Assembly: GCA_004764695.1 (NCBI GenBank)
Contig: SMSO01000014.1
Coordinates: 987,648-1,051,647, forward strand
DNA from: Schizochytrium sp. TIO01
Taxonomy: Eukaryota; Protista; Bigyra: Labyrinthulomycetes
Direction of reading: 5' to 3'
Length of the DNA stretch: 64,000 nucleotides
Positions within the stretch are counted from its first letter, which is position 1; the number at the start of each line of letters is the position of its first letter. The notes beneath the pieces were generated by a model that searched no databases, was not told the DNA's origin, and saw only the letters and a list, made by a program, of their open reading frames with translations. Below are positions 62,135 to 64,000 of the stretch, one piece after another. Both the position numbers and the translations under genes were made by a program.

Positions 62135-62247
62135 AAGAACTCCAAGCCGCGAGAGCATCCAAAACCAAAAAGCAATCGAAGAACCTTCGACCCGCAATCT
62201 CGTTGAATAATCAGACACCAAATAAATAATATAATACAGCAAGCACA

Positions 62248-63951
62248 ATGGGCGACTCTTATGTTGACTGTACGTCTGCAGAGCCTTTACCGTACTCCGG
62301 CTTTGAAGCAACAACCACATCATTGAATGCAGACTTCGAGAGCTTTGAGAACTTCATGGATGATGATAATGGCTACGGCTGCAATAACTTTCAAGTCCAG
62401 CGTCACAACTCATCAGCAACTGATGTCTCAATGGCAGCATACGGTGAGGAGCAAGCATGGAACTCATGGGAAAACCAACAAAACAACTACTATCAAAAGC
62501 CAGCCTATCAGGACCAGTACTACGCGAACCAACATCCTTCAAGCATGGACTACCGCCAGACATCAATCCCACCAATGCCGCAGTATGACCAAGGCTACTA
62601 CGGCAATAATGGTGACTTTAGATACCACGGACCTGACGCCAATTTTGTTTCAGGAAACGGCTCATACGAACAAGCAGATTTCGAATTCGGCGTTGAACAG
62701 GAACAACAACTCACACATGGCTATGCGCCAAGAGATCCTTTGACTCGCTCAGCATCATCAAGCACAGCTTCAAATACCTCAATGAATGATCGCAGGGTCA
62801 ACCGCGATTTAAGCATTGCATCAGATGAAACCACCATGACCACACCATCTGTCAATAAACAAGCAGCTCGTGCTCACTGGCAATCACATTCCGGTTATGA
62901 CGACGCAATGGAGCCTACAAATTATTACCCCAAGGAGAGAATTGTCCCTTACCCCGACCCACATCACACAGAGCCAGCCCACGCCGTCCGTAGAGACGCT
63001 TGGAACTGGAAACCATCCGCAAGTTACGAGGTCAGCGGTCCTGAACGAACCTCTAAAGCTAGTAGCATGAATGCGTATGGCCCTTCTGACTATGCACCAT
63101 CCTCGAACAACCCGAGCTATCCTGGCCTCGAGCTTCCTGTATACCCTGACGAAGCTGGTGCGGCCCCTTTCTCAGAGTACACTTCAGAGCTTCCGCGTGG
63201 TTCCCAGCAACGCTACCCACCAACGGCAATGCAAAATCGGAAACACCCAGGATTCGTTAGTGCAACTCAGCCTCGCTCCAACTTGCATCCCAAGGTTGTA
63301 GCCTCCGCTCTGCAAACAAAGAGCAGGCAGCCTAACCCTGCTGCTCAAGCTCACGACTCGGACCCTTCCAAGAGCACTCTGACGCACAAGAAGACCTTTC
63401 AACCATTGAGGCCCGCAAGCAGTGACAACAATTCTGTTGAGCCCGGCCCAGATAAGCTCGCCCAAGCTCCTTCTTTGAAGGAGAACAACCTGCCTTTACA
63501 GCCCAGTGGCATCAAGGATGTAGGACTCAAGTCTTCCAACCCTGCTACAAACACAAAGATCCAATCCTCCGCCACCGTCAAACCAGAGCGTCTTACAAAG
63601 CGAAAATCAACTGGAGAAACCATTCTTAGCCCACTCGGAAAACGCGGTGGTGGACAACGCACTAAGAATACCGACATCAAAGAACCGCTGTCAAAGAAAG
63701 CAAAAGAGCACAAGGGTGTCTCAATGTACCGTGGTGTCTCCTGGCACAAGCGTGACCGCCGTTGGCTCGCAAGACTCTGGGTCGATGGCAAAATTCGTTA
63801 TCTGGGAAGTTATTTTGATGAACATGAAGCAGCACTCGCTGTAGATCTGTGCGCTCTTAAAGAGTTTGGTAACTCCAGCGCACGCTTAAACTTTACACCG
63901 GAACAGCGTGAAAAGTTGATGAGCTCTGCTTCAAAGCTACCCCAATTGTAA
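62248..63951 (+). CDS. AP2/ERF-domain transcription factor (567 aa; AP2 domain at the C-terminus)
   Basis: SMYRGVSWHKRDRRWLARLWVDGKIRYLGSYFDEHEAALAVD...ARLNF at about 63721-63894. Basic NLS-like patches lie just upstream, and the N-terminus is Q/N/Y-rich and disordered. Confidence 0.92.
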   Translation: MGDSYVDCTSAEPLPYSGFEATTTSLNADFESFENFMDDDNGYGCNNFQVQRHNSSATDVSMAAYGEEQAWNSWENQQNNYYQKPAYQDQYYANQHPSSMDYRQTSIPPMPQYDQGYYGNNGDFRYHGPDANFVSGNGSYEQADFEFGVEQEQQLTHGYAPRDPLTRSASSSTASNTSMNDRRVNRDLSIASDETTMTTPSVNKQAARAHWQSHSGYDDAMEPTNYYPKERIVPYPDPHHTEPAHAVRRDAWNWKPSASYEVSGPERTSKASSMNAYGPSDYAPSSNNPSYPGLELPVYPDEAGAAPFSEYTSELPRGSQQRYPPTAMQNRKHPGFVSATQPRSNLHPKVVASALQTKSRQPNPAAQAHDSDPSKSTLTHKKTFQPLRPASSDNNSVEPGPDKLAQAPSLKENNLPLQPSGIKDVGLKSSNPATNTKIQSSATVKPERLTKRKSTGETILSPLGKRGGGQRTKNTDIKEPLSKKAKEHKGVSMYRGVSWHKRDRRWLARLWVDGKIRYLGSYFDEHEAALAVDLCALKEFGNSSARLNFTPEQREKLMSSASKLPQL

Positions 63952-64000
63952 ACCTGATCAAGCAAAAAGAAAAATTGTACCTTTACATCTTAAAGCCCCC

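Overview
Eukaryotic, intron-poor, microsatellite-rich DNA, most consistent with a stramenopile protist such as a thraustochytrid (inference from gene content and repeat style). The left 22 kb is a tandem array of four same-strand SLC34 (NaPi-II/NptA-type) Na+/phosphate cotransporter genes at about 5 kb spacing. Their coding sequences are near-identical and mosaic, their spacers are mostly unrelated, and copy 4 carries a +1 frameshift. By hand count these spacers are enriched in two motifs that are nearly absent from the 29 kb non-coding region on the right: GCACGTG(C), an E-box/PHO-box-like motif, and YGAATCTW, resembling a diatom PSR/Myb phosphate-starvation element. Together they suggest a two-input phosphate-starvation regulatory module. 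The middle holds proteasome alpha-4 (PSMA7, with a 5-nt first coding exon), an NYN-domain protein with PROSER3-like terminal motifs, and a head-to-head pair of monoglyceride lipase/lysophospholipase paralogues. The right part is a ~29 kb gene desert (68-bp and 89-bp minisatellites, many tetranucleotide microsatellites, and a large inverted TTTG/CAAA pair) upstream of an AP2-domain transcription factor. No tRNA, rRNA, CRISPR array or intact transposon was recognised.
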